DNA of 64,000 nt, from assembly GCA_045606105.1 (NCBI GenBank), contig JAZURI010000009.1:32001-96000 (forward strand), written 5' to 3'. Shown here piece by piece: positions 19,169-28,801 of this stretch. The translations under genes were made by a program, and so were the position numbers. Within the stretch, counting starts at the first letter, position 1; every line of letters begins with the position of its first letter. The notes beneath the pieces were generated by a model. That model had not been told where the DNA came from and made no database searches. It was given only the letters and a program-made list of their open reading frames with translations. Source of the stretch: Spirochaetia bacterium. Its GTDB lineage: Bacteria > Spirochaetota > Spirochaetia > CADAEX01.

Positions 19169-19886
19169 CATCGCTGTAAACTGCAGTCCATCCCACATTG
19201 TCTGAAAAAATCCACAGGGAAGCTGTTCCCCCGGAATCGATGAACAGATTTTCTCCATCCATTACAGGCAGGCTTTCCGAGCTGTATACAAGTTCCCTGC
19301 CGGGATAATCGGAATGCCATTTTTCTTCCGGCCCGGGGAGAGGCAGGGAGCGGACAGCCCTTTTTTTAAGATAGTTACCGTTGAATATTCCGTACTGAAG
19401 TGCGTAGACCACCTTGTTCCTGTCCAGAGCCCAGGGATTTTCTCCTGAATTTTCCTTTATTCTTTCCCCGAACAGGTCTGTATTGAGATTTTCGGTATAA
19501 CCTCCGCTGCAGGCCAGGGAAACTGCTTCGGCAGCAAAGCCCTTTTCCCATGTCAGATGATTGGTCCGGTCAAGATTGCTGCTGACTATAAAGCCTGCAG
19601 GCTTCAGGAGAGAGCTCTTTATGACAGGGTATGCAAGGACAGAGGTAACTCCTGCAACAGGGACTGAAAGATCAAAACTTTTTTTACCCGGCGGAAGGTA
19701 GAAGTATTCGTGGGTGTGGTTTGTTACGGTAATCTTGTACCTGACAATGGGTACCGGCGGAAAGGTTTCGGGTAATTCCGGAATCACGAAGGTCACCTCC
19801 CGGTTTTTTTCCTCAAGTATGCTGCAGGAGCTGAAAATAATTGCTGTGAGAAGAAAAAAAATTCTCATATCTGTAAACACAGACAT
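19140..19886 (-). CDS. Hypothetical lipoprotein
   Basis: Signal peptide and lipobox IFSSC (alternative start 19868); 8 nt downstream of the DUF4416 gene. Confidence 0.65.
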   Translation of the reverse strand: MSVFTDMRIFFLLTAIIFSSCSILEEKNREVTFVIPELPETFPPVPIVRYKITVTNHTHEYFYLPPGKKSFDLSVPVAGVTSVLAYPVIKSSLLKPAGFIVSSNLDRTNHLTWEKGFAAEAVSLACSGGYTENLNTDLFGERIKENSGENPWALDRNKVVYALQYGIFNGNYLKKRAVRSLPLPGPEEKWHSDYPGRELVYSSESLPVMDGENLFIDSGGTASLWIFSDNVGWTAVYSDVRGGLSGNW

Positions 19887-19894
19887 GTAAAAAA

Positions 19895-20422
19895 TTATTT
19901 CTGCTTCAGTTTAACCTTTAGGTTTTTTCTCATTTCCTCAAAAATCACATGGTATTCCGGGGTTCTGTAATCGGCATAGGTCCATGGCAGAAGCTGAAAC
20001 TGCCTGTTGGAGTACATGAGGGTCACCTCGCCGTAGATTCCCTTCTGAAGCGGAATCCTGTGTACATTGTTCTTGGTGGAGGCCAGGATAAGGGAGCTGA
20101 GGCTGAGAATTCCGGGATCGATATTTATTTTTCTGTTTTCATCCACTGCAAAAAGCTTTTCCATTTCATTGGTGGCCAGCTTTATGTCGGAAAGGGAGTC
20201 GGGATAAACAAGGTCGGTAAAGGAATAGAAATATCTTTTTATTCCGGGACCCATTTCAGGCACATAATAATCGGTAAAATCAAAGTCAAATTCCCTGCTT
20301 TCGAAATCGATGGGGCCGAATCTGTCGATAAGCAATGCCCTGAGCTTTTCCTTTTCTTCCGGTCTGGTGGAAAGTATTCCGATCACCAGCTTGTTTCTGT
20401 CAAAATTCTCTGCTTTTCCCAT
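19895..20422 (-). CDS. DUF4416 family protein
   Basis: FDFTDYYVPEMG, IKLATNEME, RKINIDPG, LASTKN..HRI, LPWTYADY. Confidence 0.85.
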   Translation of the reverse strand: MGKAENFDRNKLVIGILSTRPEEKEKLRALLIDRFGPIDFESREFDFDFTDYYVPEMGPGIKRYFYSFTDLVYPDSLSDIKLATNEMEKLFAVDENRKINIDPGILSLSSLILASTKNNVHRIPLQKGIYGEVTLMYSNRQFQLLPWTYADYRTPEYHVIFEEMRKNLKVKLKQK

Positions 20423-20428
20423 ACTGCA

Positions 20429-20457
20429 ATGATATTCCATCAGAATGAATTTTTCAA
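20429..20457 (-). promoter_or_regulatory. Sigma70-type promoter for the DUF4416 gene (probably leaderless)
   Basis: Minus strand TTGAAA-17 nt-TATCAT-6 nt-ATG. Confidence 0.5.
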
Positions 20458-20497
20458 CACCGGAAATTGAATCAGAACCGATGCTTTTTCCTTTCTG

Positions 20498-21112
20498 ATG
20501 AGTATGAAGGGATTGGTTTTTATATCAGTTGTATTTTTCATGATTGCCTGTTCCGGCGGAGAACGGGATTATCTTTCATATAACGAAGCGGAAAAGCTGT
20601 ATATGAAGGGGGAATCCTGCGAAGCGCTCAGGCTTCTGGAAAGGCTTGAGGATAACAGCAGCTTTCTTAAGCCCTTTGTTCTTGACGGAAGAATAAATCT
20701 TTTTCTTGGAAATTATGATACGGCGGAAAGTAAGCTTGAGTATGTCCTTGAAAAGAATCCCATGGATTTTGAGGCGGTGAGATGGCTTGCCTGGGTCTAT
20801 CTGAGAAAGGATGAGACTGAAAAATGTATCCGGCTTCTGAAGAGTGCATTGAAAAAATATCCTGAGGAACCGAGACTTCTGCTGCTGTACGGAAATGCGG
20901 AAAAAAAGGGAGGAAATCATACCGAGGCGGCAGAGGCCTACAGAAGAGCCTTTCTTTTTGAAGAGGAGCTGGCAATGGCCCACTTTGAATATGCCCTGCT
21001 TTGTTCCGGTTTTGCACTGGAGGAAAAATACAGGTACGAGCTGGAAAGGGCGGCTCTGCTGGCCGGAGAAAACCACGAGCTTTCGGAGGCGATAAGAAAG
21101 CTTTATGAGTAA
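20498..21112 (+). CDS. Tetratricopeptide-repeat lipoprotein
   Basis: Lipobox MIAC; TPR-like helical repeats (GNYDTAESKL, LLYGNAEKKGG..AAEAY). Confidence 0.75.
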   Translation: MSMKGLVFISVVFFMIACSGGERDYLSYNEAEKLYMKGESCEALRLLERLEDNSSFLKPFVLDGRINLFLGNYDTAESKLEYVLEKNPMDFEAVRWLAWVYLRKDETEKCIRLLKSALKKYPEEPRLLLLYGNAEKKGGNHTEAAEAYRRAFLFEEELAMAHFEYALLCSGFALEEKYRYELERAALLAGENHELSEAIRKLYE

Positions 21113-22490
21113 GATTTTTCCGGTTATCCTGCTTCTTTTTCTGTGTCCTCAGTTGTGGTGCGAAGAAAAATATCTCCTGTTTCCTGAAGAGGCTGTAAGA
21201 AAAGGGCTTGCAAACAATCCTGCTCTGGAGTTCGGCAGGAGAGAACTGGAGACCGGCATGAAAAATATCAGGCTTGAATACAGGAAATTTCTGCCTGAGC
21301 CCAACTTCGGCTATAGCTTTTCCGACAGCGTTTCTTATCTGGGGAATGACAGCCATGTAAGGCAGCTGCGGTTCGGTATCGACCAGCTTCTCTATGACAA
21401 GGGAGCCCTGTTTTCAGAAATTTCCCTGGGAAAAAAGAAAATTGAACTGGGGTATCTGGAGCTGGCTGCAGAGAGGGAGCGGTTTATCTTTTCGGTAATT
21501 GAGGGCTATGCGGAGATCCTGAGATACAGGAAGGAGCTGGAAATCATAGCTTCTGCAGTAAATCTGGTAAATGAACAGCTGGAAATAGGGCGGCTGGAAA
21601 GAGATCTGGGAGAGCTTACCGAGAATGATTACCTTGAGCTGGAGATTTCGGCCTCTGACATGAGAATGGAAGAAAATGAGGTAAGACACAGGCTGAAGCA
21701 GGCATCCGAGGCTCTCAGGCTGCTGATAGATCCCGGAATGGGAGATTTTACGGCAGCAGGGGAACTGAATGCCGCATACCGTGGTTTTACGGATGAAGGT
21801 CCGGAGTTCTATCTTGCATCGGCATTGAAGAGATCCTCTGAATACAGGTCTGTGATTCTGGCCCTGGAGCAGGCTGAAGCTGATTGCAGGCTTCTGAAAA
21901 AAAGATTTGTTCCGGAGGTTCGTTTAAGCTGCGGTTTTTATCTGTCGGGAAAATCCTTCCCCCTTGCCGAAAAGGGATATTCTCTTTCGGTTTCCTTTGA
22001 TTTTGACAGTCCGGTTTTCCCGGGAAATATCAGCTCGGGTATAAGCAGGAACGGAGGAAACAACAGGGAACGGGAGCTTGAGGGCAGCGGGGTTCTTCTG
22101 GGAGAAAACGGTAAAATACATGCGGCGGAAACGGGACAGATCCGTCTTGAAAGGGCAGAACACGAGTCGGAGCAGTACAGGCTGGAGCTTGAAAATGAAA
22201 TCAACGGGCTGCTTGAAGAAATTCGCATGAAGAAGGTCAATCTCAGTCTCTGGGGAGAAAAGCTGGTTATTGAAAGAAAAAAGACAGAGGCTGAAAAGGC
22301 CAGGACAGAACTGGGAGAGGCCAGAAGAACGGAGTATGTGGAGGAGCTTATCGAGCTAGCTGAAAGTGAAAAAGAGATGCTGAAGCAGGTTACCGGACTT
22401 TATTCCGCCGAGAAGAGGCTGGTCCTGCTGTGCGGTCTTGAGAAAGGGGGCAGTTCCATCCGGCTTCTGATAAAAGGGGGTGGGTTATGA
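21105..22490 (+). CDS. TolC family outer-membrane channel
   Basis: Signal peptide, EEAVRKGLANNPAL, FLPE/FVPE duplicated half-repeat, QLLYDKG, long coiled coils. Confidence 0.82.
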   Translation: MSKIFPVILLLFLCPQLWCEEKYLLFPEEAVRKGLANNPALEFGRRELETGMKNIRLEYRKFLPEPNFGYSFSDSVSYLGNDSHVRQLRFGIDQLLYDKGALFSEISLGKKKIELGYLELAAERERFIFSVIEGYAEILRYRKELEIIASAVNLVNEQLEIGRLERDLGELTENDYLELEISASDMRMEENEVRHRLKQASEALRLLIDPGMGDFTAAGELNAAYRGFTDEGPEFYLASALKRSSEYRSVILALEQAEADCRLLKKRFVPEVRLSCGFYLSGKSFPLAEKGYSLSVSFDFDSPVFPGNISSGISRNGGNNRERELEGSGVLLGENGKIHAAETGQIRLERAEHESEQYRLELENEINGLLEEIRMKKVNLSLWGEKLVIERKKTEAEKARTELGEARRTEYVEELIELAESEKEMLKQVTGLYSAEKRLVLLCGLEKGGSSIRLLIKGGGL

Positions 22491-23800
22491 AAAAAATTCT
22501 GATTTTGTTTCTTGTTATGTGTTCCTGTACCGGCAAGACAGCCCTTAAGGAAACAGAGGGGATAAGTATTGAGGTTGAGACAGCCGGAAAGGAATATGCC
22601 GCTCCTGAGATTACTGCATTCGGCTCTGTGGTCTACGGCTCCAAGGCAGAGGTATATCCCACAACAACCTCCTTTATAAAAGAAATATATGCGGAGGAGG
22701 GTGATTTCGTAACCAAGGGGCAGGTGCTGGCCGTTATCGACGATTCAAGGCTCAGGGTACAGCTGGAGGAGGCGGTATCTGATTTTGAGGCAAAGCAGGC
22801 TGCAGTCAGGCTGGCTTCCGCCATGCTGGAGGAGGGAAGACGGGATACCGAAAAAATTCTCTTCAATATCAGGGAGCTTGAAATAATCAGGCAGCAGAAA
22901 GGGAGCGAATACAACAACATGCTCAGGATTTACGGAAATAAAAGCAAGCTTCACGAGGCCGGAGGATTTTCATCCGAAGAGCTGAAAAGTGTAAAGCAGG
23001 AGCTTGAAAAGAAGATGAATGAGCTTATGCAGGCCGAAAATGCCCTGGAATCGGCCAGGATCGGCTACAGGATTACCGATCTGGAAAAGGCCGGCTACAA
23101 GGTACCGGAGGAGAGGGCTGAACAGGAAAAGCTTCTTGTGATGCTGAATACCGGGGTGCTTCAGGCAGAGCTTGAGGTGGCTCAGGCCGAGTACAGGGCT
23201 GCGGAGGCGGCGGTGGAAAACATCCGTCTCTCCATTGAGGAGACAAAAATAAGGGCTCCTGTGGAGGGAACCATTGGCAAAAGATATCTGGACAGCGGAG
23301 AGACGGTAACACCGGAAACCGCCCTTTTTACCGTTTTTGATATGGAATCGGTCTATGTCCGTACTGAACTCAATGCATCCCATTTCCGTAATGTCAGACC
23401 CGGCCAGGCAGTGAAGCTGAATATTCTGGAGGAGGAATTTGAAGGGCGTATCGAGCTGATATCTCCCTATGCAGACCCCAGAACCGGCGGAAGAAGCATA
23501 AGAATTTCGGTAGACAACAGCGGAAAAAAGCTGTATCCCGGTCTTTTTGCAGGGATATCGGTAATTACAGGGGCCGGTGCGGAGCGGACCTTTATCCCCC
23601 GTGAAGCAGTAAAGGATAATCAGGTTTTCGTTATCAGGGGAGAAAAAGCCTTTTCCTCAAAGGTTGATGTTGAATTTATCACCGGGGATAAAGCCTATAT
23701 CTCGGCCGGTCCGGAGGCCGGTGACCGGGTGGCGGTAACAGGACTGGAGCTGCTTTGGGATGGGTGTCCTGTCAAGGCGGTCAGGAGGGGAGACCGGTGA
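22487..23800 (+). CDS. RND efflux periplasmic adaptor (membrane-fusion) lipoprotein
   Basis: EEGDFVTKGQVLAVID and IRAPVEGTI lipoyl halves, very long alpha-hairpin, LYPGLFA, IPREAV. Confidence 0.9.
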   Translation: MKKILILFLVMCSCTGKTALKETEGISIEVETAGKEYAAPEITAFGSVVYGSKAEVYPTTTSFIKEIYAEEGDFVTKGQVLAVIDDSRLRVQLEEAVSDFEAKQAAVRLASAMLEEGRRDTEKILFNIRELEIIRQQKGSEYNNMLRIYGNKSKLHEAGGFSSEELKSVKQELEKKMNELMQAENALESARIGYRITDLEKAGYKVPEERAEQEKLLVMLNTGVLQAELEVAQAEYRAAEAAVENIRLSIEETKIRAPVEGTIGKRYLDSGETVTPETALFTVFDMESVYVRTELNASHFRNVRPGQAVKLNILEEEFEGRIELISPYADPRTGGRSIRISVDNSGKKLYPGLFAGISVITGAGAERTFIPREAVKDNQVFVIRGEKAFSSKVDVEFITGDKAYISAGPEAGDRVAVTGLELLWDGCPVKAVRRGDR

Positions 23801-24837
23801 AAGCACTCTTTTTTGTTCTTTTGCTGCTGGCTGCAGGCTGCGCTCTTGAGGATCCTGATTCTCCGGAAAAGGTTACGGAAGCCGGAAAAAAAGGAATCGG
23901 TATTGTTGTTGAGGATTTTCAGCCATCCTCAGGAAGTTCTTTTTCCGGCAGGGAGCCGGTAACGGTGACCCTTTCATCGGTTGTAAGCGAAGAGGCTTTT
24001 ATCAGGGAATTTTCTGTAAATCCGGCTGTTGATTACACTCTTGAGCAGCAAGACGGAAACAGGGTTGTCATCACTCCCTCCGAGGATTGGAGAGAAAGGA
24101 CTGTATACCGCTTTACCCTGTCTGATGAAAGCTTTTTCCTTTATGTTGCCGGCAATGTTGTTCCCCCGGAAATTGTCTTTTCGGCAGTGGCATACAATGA
24201 TGGGGAAGAATTTCCCGTGATATCTGAAAATCTGGATTCCATGCGGAAGGACGATGTACTTCTGCTCCGTTTCTCAGCTCCACCGGTAAAGGAGAGTGCG
24301 GCAGAATCCCTTGTCATCGAACCTTCTGACAATTATCTGAAGCTGTGGCCTGATGACAGGACCATGGTTATTATCCCTGAAAAGGGCTGGAAATGCGGAG
24401 CAGGCTACAGGCTTGAGCATGAATCTGTCTGCCTGGATTTTACTCCGGATGTCCCGTATCTGGAGCTGAAGGAAATACGGGGGCCGACTTCGGATGGTTT
24501 TCCGGTTACGGTTTTCGACAGAAGCAGGCCGGTTAATATAAACAGTGACGGAACCTATACTTTGGGTTTTGTTTTCAGCCGGGATTTCCGGAGCCGCGAG
24601 GAAAAGGAATCGGCTTATTCAGGTTTGTCCCTCAGCCCTTTTTTTCCTGACGGTGTAAATACCCCTTCCGTCAGTTCGGTCCGTTGGTTCAACGACAATA
24701 TCCTGCAGCTGGATTTCAGGGGGCTGGTTCCGGGTACATGGTATGATTTAAGGCTGAGGGGCGGCGAAAACGGGATTGTAAATGCAGAGGGATGCTTTCC
24801 GGAGGAGGATATAAGCCTGGTGCTTATAACCGGATAA
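23797..24837 (+). CDS. Lipoprotein with bacterial Ig-like (Big_5/SbsA-like) repeats
   Basis: Lipobox LAAGC; repeats VTLSSVV..FSVNP..VITPSEDWRERTVY and LRFSAP..LVIEP..WPDDRTMVIIPEKGWKCGAGY; GTG overlaps upstream stop. Confidence 0.7.
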   Translation: MKALFFVLLLLAAGCALEDPDSPEKVTEAGKKGIGIVVEDFQPSSGSSFSGREPVTVTLSSVVSEEAFIREFSVNPAVDYTLEQQDGNRVVITPSEDWRERTVYRFTLSDESFFLYVAGNVVPPEIVFSAVAYNDGEEFPVISENLDSMRKDDVLLLRFSAPPVKESAAESLVIEPSDNYLKLWPDDRTMVIIPEKGWKCGAGYRLEHESVCLDFTPDVPYLELKEIRGPTSDGFPVTVFDRSRPVNINSDGTYTLGFVFSRDFRSREEKESAYSGLSLSPFFPDGVNTPSVSSVRWFNDNILQLDFRGLVPGTWYDLRLRGGENGIVNAEGCFPEEDISLVLITG

Positions 24838-26147
24838 TGAAAAAAATATTGATTTTTCTTATATTGCTGCTGGCTTCCTGCGATGCATCCCGGGATTTTC
24901 TCTCAATGACCCCGCCATCTGTAAAAAAGGTGGAGATAAGGGAGCAGAGATGTGTGATGATATTCTTTTCCTGCGATATGGAAAAAAGTCTTACGGAAAA
25001 GGCCTTTGTCATGAAGAAAAACTGGGAAAAGACAGAGGGAAGCTTTACCTGGGAGGGAAATGTTCTGTGTTACAGCCCTTTGGGAGGAATAAGGGAGCGG
25101 TGCAGCTATCTGATTGAAATTTCTGCCATGGCAGAGGATACATTGGGAAACTCCCTGGTAAAGGATTTTGTCTACAGCTTCTCCACAAAGGAAAAGGAGT
25201 GTGGGTTCTGTGTTGAATCAGCCGGCTTCAACGGCGGAAACGCAGAGTTCACCTTCAGCAGCCCGGTGGACAGGGGCTCCCTTTATGGTACCTTTTCCAT
25301 TTTTCCATTTGTCGACGGCAGCCTTGTTTTCAGGGATGATGACAGCAGTGTTTCCTTTGTTCCGTACCGGGAGCTGACGGCCGGCACTGCCTATACGGTA
25401 TCCATGGAGCAGCAGCTGTGTGACATTTATGGCAATGCCCTCAGGGAAAAATATGAATTCGTTTTTTCGGTCCCCACAGAGGAGGAGGTTTCTCTTGTCC
25501 GGATAGAAACAGCCTCAGGAAACAGTCCGGAGCAGATGGAAAAGGATGATGCCCTTGTTCTGGTTTTCAGCGGTCCGGCAGACAGGGCTGCAGTCAGAAA
25601 ATCCATTTCAATATCACCTTATACCTCCTTCAGCTGCCGGTGGAACAGCAGTAATACCGAATGCCGTATCGGATTTGACCGACCGCTTGTATATGGTTCC
25701 AGGCTCGATATCAAGGTTCTGGATGAAAGTTTTGTCCTGTTTGTAAAAGGGGAAAATTCGGTTCCTCCGACGGTTGAGAGTATTTCTTATTACGATAATT
25801 ATACGGCAGGAAGCATAATTCCTCTTTCTTACGGGGGCAGCATGATATTTGAATCAACAGAAAAGGGCTGTTTTGAATTTGAATTTTCTACTGCACCTAC
25901 GGCCTCTGTAATCATGGCCGATTTTCTTCAGAATCTGGAAATCAGGGTTACCTCCGGGGACATGAGGGTGAAGCTGCTCAGGGCAGAAAACAGAAGCAGT
26001 CCGGGAAAAAACATAATCCGGGTTTATTGCAGCATAACTGCGGGAACAAAATCATCCGTACTTTCATTCATTGTCGATAGTGATTTTTCAGATTCTCTGG
26101 GAAATAAGCTTGGAGAGGATTTTGTCATGAGGTTCAATTCGTTATGA
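24837..26147 (+). CDS. Lipoprotein with bacterial Ig-like (Big_5/SbsA-like) repeats
   Basis: Lipobox LLASC; repeated FS..MD..S..FxI.P..G...W and AEDTLGNSL / CDIYGNAL / SDSLGNKL..F.F motifs. Confidence 0.78.
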   Translation: MKKILIFLILLLASCDASRDFLSMTPPSVKKVEIREQRCVMIFFSCDMEKSLTEKAFVMKKNWEKTEGSFTWEGNVLCYSPLGGIRERCSYLIEISAMAEDTLGNSLVKDFVYSFSTKEKECGFCVESAGFNGGNAEFTFSSPVDRGSLYGTFSIFPFVDGSLVFRDDDSSVSFVPYRELTAGTAYTVSMEQQLCDIYGNALREKYEFVFSVPTEEEVSLVRIETASGNSPEQMEKDDALVLVFSGPADRAAVRKSISISPYTSFSCRWNSSNTECRIGFDRPLVYGSRLDIKVLDESFVLFVKGENSVPPTVESISYYDNYTAGSIIPLSYGGSMIFESTEKGCFEFEFSTAPTASVIMADFLQNLEIRVTSGDMRVKLLRAENRSSPGKNIIRVYCSITAGTKSSVLSFIVDSDFSDSLGNKLGEDFVMRFNSL

Positions 26148-28801
26148 AAAGCGGTTTTACTGTGATGCTGACATTCCTTGCTGCTTTCATGATGGGGCTC
26201 TTTTCCCTGCTGTTTCTGAAGGCTTCATTTTATCCTGAACTTTCGGTTCCCTATGTCTGTATCGTTACCGTGCTGCCCGGAGCCTCCCCGTACGATGTGG
26301 AAAAGCTGGTAACGGTTCCGCTGGAAAGCAAGCTGGCTTCCGTAAGGAAAGTCAGGAGCATGATATCCTCTTCCGCTCGGGGAATAAGCATGATAAGGCT
26401 GAGATTCGACTGGGATGCGGATATGGAGATACTGGGAAGCGAAATCAGGAACAAGGTCGATTCCGCATATCCTTATCTGCCGGATGCAGCCTCAAGACCG
26501 GTTCCTGTTTTCGGTGAGGTTTCTGACTCTGCCGCCATGGTACTGGCCATATTTCCGGAAGAGGGAAGAAAGATTTCCGATATTTCGGCATTGGCTTCGG
26601 AAGAGCTTGCCGGCAGACTCATGGGAATAGAAGGTGTAGCCCAGGTCTGTTTCAGAGGGGTCCTTGAAAAGGAAATCCTGGCAGAGGTGGATTATCCTTC
26701 ACTCATGTCGGTGGAAAATATCGACCTTGAAGCAGTAAACGAAATCATTGAACGGTGCGTTTTCAGCTATCCCGTGGGGGCTGTGGAGAACCACCGTTTC
26801 AGATATGAAATCAAAGGAAAAAGTGATATTGAAACCATTGCCGATCTGGAAAGGATTCCCTTGAATGAGGACAATACGCTGCTGTTGGGAGATATAGCAG
26901 ATATCTCATTGCAGGATAAGGAAAAAACATCGGTTTTCAGAGTGAACGGCCGGGAGTGTATAGGGGTGGAGCTTATAAAAGGGGGTACTGCGGGGCTGGC
27001 AGATACCTGCAGGGCTGTCCGTTCCCGGCTGCCGGAGCTGGAACAGCTTTACCGCAATATATTTTCGGTGGAAATTCTGGAGGACAGGTCGGTACCTCTG
27101 GTTGAATCAATGAAGGAGCTGATCATATCCCTGATTACCGGAATTGCCTGCGGTGCCGGGGTCATTATCCTTCTTTCGGGAAACAGGAAAGCAGCTCTTG
27201 TGGTGACAGCCTCCCTGCCGCTGTCCCTTTTCCCGGTCTTTATTTTCATGTATTTCAAGGGAATAACCCTGAACATAATATCTGTTTCTGCCCTTACGAT
27301 AGGGGCAGGTATGGTTTTTGACAGCAGCATTGTGGTGGCCGGAAGAAAAAAGGCTCTTATGTCGGTGCTTGGCTCCACTGTTACAACAATAATTGTTTTT
27401 CTGCCATTGATGCTGGTTTCCGGAATAGTTGGCAGGGTTTTCGGAGATCTCGCCTTTACGGTGGCGGTTTTTCTGGGCGTTTCCTGTGTTACGGCGCTTC
27501 TGTTTTCGAAAAGATGCTTCGGACAGATGAAGATTTATGAAAAAGGGGGACTGAGGTGTCCCGCAGTGGGTGTCCTGTACAGCCGGTATTTTGATTTTGC
27601 TGTTGCTCATAAACGGATTACAGCCATGGTTGCCCTTGTTTTTCTGCTGCCTGTGATGCTGCTCTTCCATATCAGGTTTGAATTGGTTCCCGGATCTGAA
27701 AGTGAAAGGCTTGTGGCACAGGTCTGTTTTCCGGATGGTCTCTCCTTCGGGGAATACTGCAGGAAGGGGGAAATGCTGGAAAAGGAGCTTATGCATCACG
27801 GGGCATCTGTTGTTCTCTCCGGAGGCTGTGAGCCTGATGATATTTACTCGGCCGCATGGGAATACGGAGCTGAAAACTGCTTTACATTCAGGCTTGAGGG
27901 GATTGATGAAAGGAGTGCGGAAAGGATTCTTGAAAAAGGGGATTTTACCTTTTTTCTGGGACGGGAAAAAAGTTTTCTGCAGAATATGATGGGTTCTGTT
28001 GACGAGAAGCTGAAGCTGGCTTCCGGCCGGTATTCCGATTATCTGGAGGTAAAGGCTTCGGAGCTTTCTCCCCATGATGTTTTCAGGAACATGGTGCTGG
28101 GAACGGAGGGAAATGTTCCGGCAGAGCTGGAGGTGGAGGGAGTCAGAACCGATATCAGGGTGCGTTACAGCAGGAAATATGTCGATTCGGCAGAAAAGGT
28201 GGTCTCTCTCATGGTGAAAAAGGATGGAATTCCTGTATTTACATCTCCCCATCTGAGTCTTGAGAAAAAAAGGGTCCGGTCGGTTCTTCTCCGTAATAAC
28301 AGGAAGCCTGTCACCGGTGTGGAGGAGCAGATTCTTTCCGGAAAGGAGATCAGGGAAACCGGGCTTCTCTTTGCAGGAGCCCTGATTTTTATCTGGCTGG
28401 CCCTGGCCTTTCAGTTTGAATCCCTTACCGATCCCCTTAAGGTGCTGGCTCTGATTCCGGCCGGAGCAGGCGGAAGCCTTCTGTTTCTGATGCTCACCGG
28501 GAACAGCCTGAATATCGGCTCTCTGCTGGGAATCATGATAATGTCGGGAACTGCCGTTAATTCAGGAATTCTGGTTCTGGAGGATATAAAAGAGGGTGTG
28601 CCTCTCCGGCAGGCTGCCGTATCAAGGTCTGAAACCGTGGTACTCACCGTTTCATCGACTCTTCTTGCCCTGCTTCCCGTAGCCTTTACGGGAGATAATC
28701 CTCTCATCGGAAGCTCTTCCCTTTCTCTGGCCGGAGGTCTGCTGTGGGGAACTCTGGCTTTTCTGGTATCTGTTCCGCTGCTGCAGAGGAAAAAACAATG
28801 A
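26144..28801 (+). CDS. RND (AcrB/AcrD/AcrF family) permease, shortened and divergent (885 aa)
   Basis: YPELSVP..PGASPYDVEKLVTVPLE, LGDIADI, LNIISVSAL, GSTVTTIIVFLP, QFES..P, LNIGSLLG. Confidence 0.85.
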   Translation: MKSGFTVMLTFLAAFMMGLFSLLFLKASFYPELSVPYVCIVTVLPGASPYDVEKLVTVPLESKLASVRKVRSMISSSARGISMIRLRFDWDADMEILGSEIRNKVDSAYPYLPDAASRPVPVFGEVSDSAAMVLAIFPEEGRKISDISALASEELAGRLMGIEGVAQVCFRGVLEKEILAEVDYPSLMSVENIDLEAVNEIIERCVFSYPVGAVENHRFRYEIKGKSDIETIADLERIPLNEDNTLLLGDIADISLQDKEKTSVFRVNGRECIGVELIKGGTAGLADTCRAVRSRLPELEQLYRNIFSVEILEDRSVPLVESMKELIISLITGIACGAGVIILLSGNRKAALVVTASLPLSLFPVFIFMYFKGITLNIISVSALTIGAGMVFDSSIVVAGRKKALMSVLGSTVTTIIVFLPLMLVSGIVGRVFGDLAFTVAVFLGVSCVTALLFSKRCFGQMKIYEKGGLRCPAVGVLYSRYFDFAVAHKRITAMVALVFLLPVMLLFHIRFELVPGSESERLVAQVCFPDGLSFGEYCRKGEMLEKELMHHGASVVLSGGCEPDDIYSAAWEYGAENCFTFRLEGIDERSAERILEKGDFTFFLGREKSFLQNMMGSVDEKLKLASGRYSDYLEVKASELSPHDVFRNMVLGTEGNVPAELEVEGVRTDIRVRYSRKYVDSAEKVVSLMVKKDGIPVFTSPHLSLEKKRVRSVLLRNNRKPVTGVEEQILSGKEIRETGLLFAGALIFIWLALAFQFESLTDPLKVLALIPAGAGGSLLFLMLTGNSLNIGSLLGIMIMSGTAVNSGILVLEDIKEGVPLRQAAVSRSETVVLTVSSTLLALLPVAFTGDNPLIGSSSLSLAGGLLWGTLAFLVSVPLLQRKKQ

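Noticed and set aside
27107-28252. 381-aa antisense ORF
   Set aside because: Shadow of the RND permease; basic, low-information translation of hydrophobic codons.
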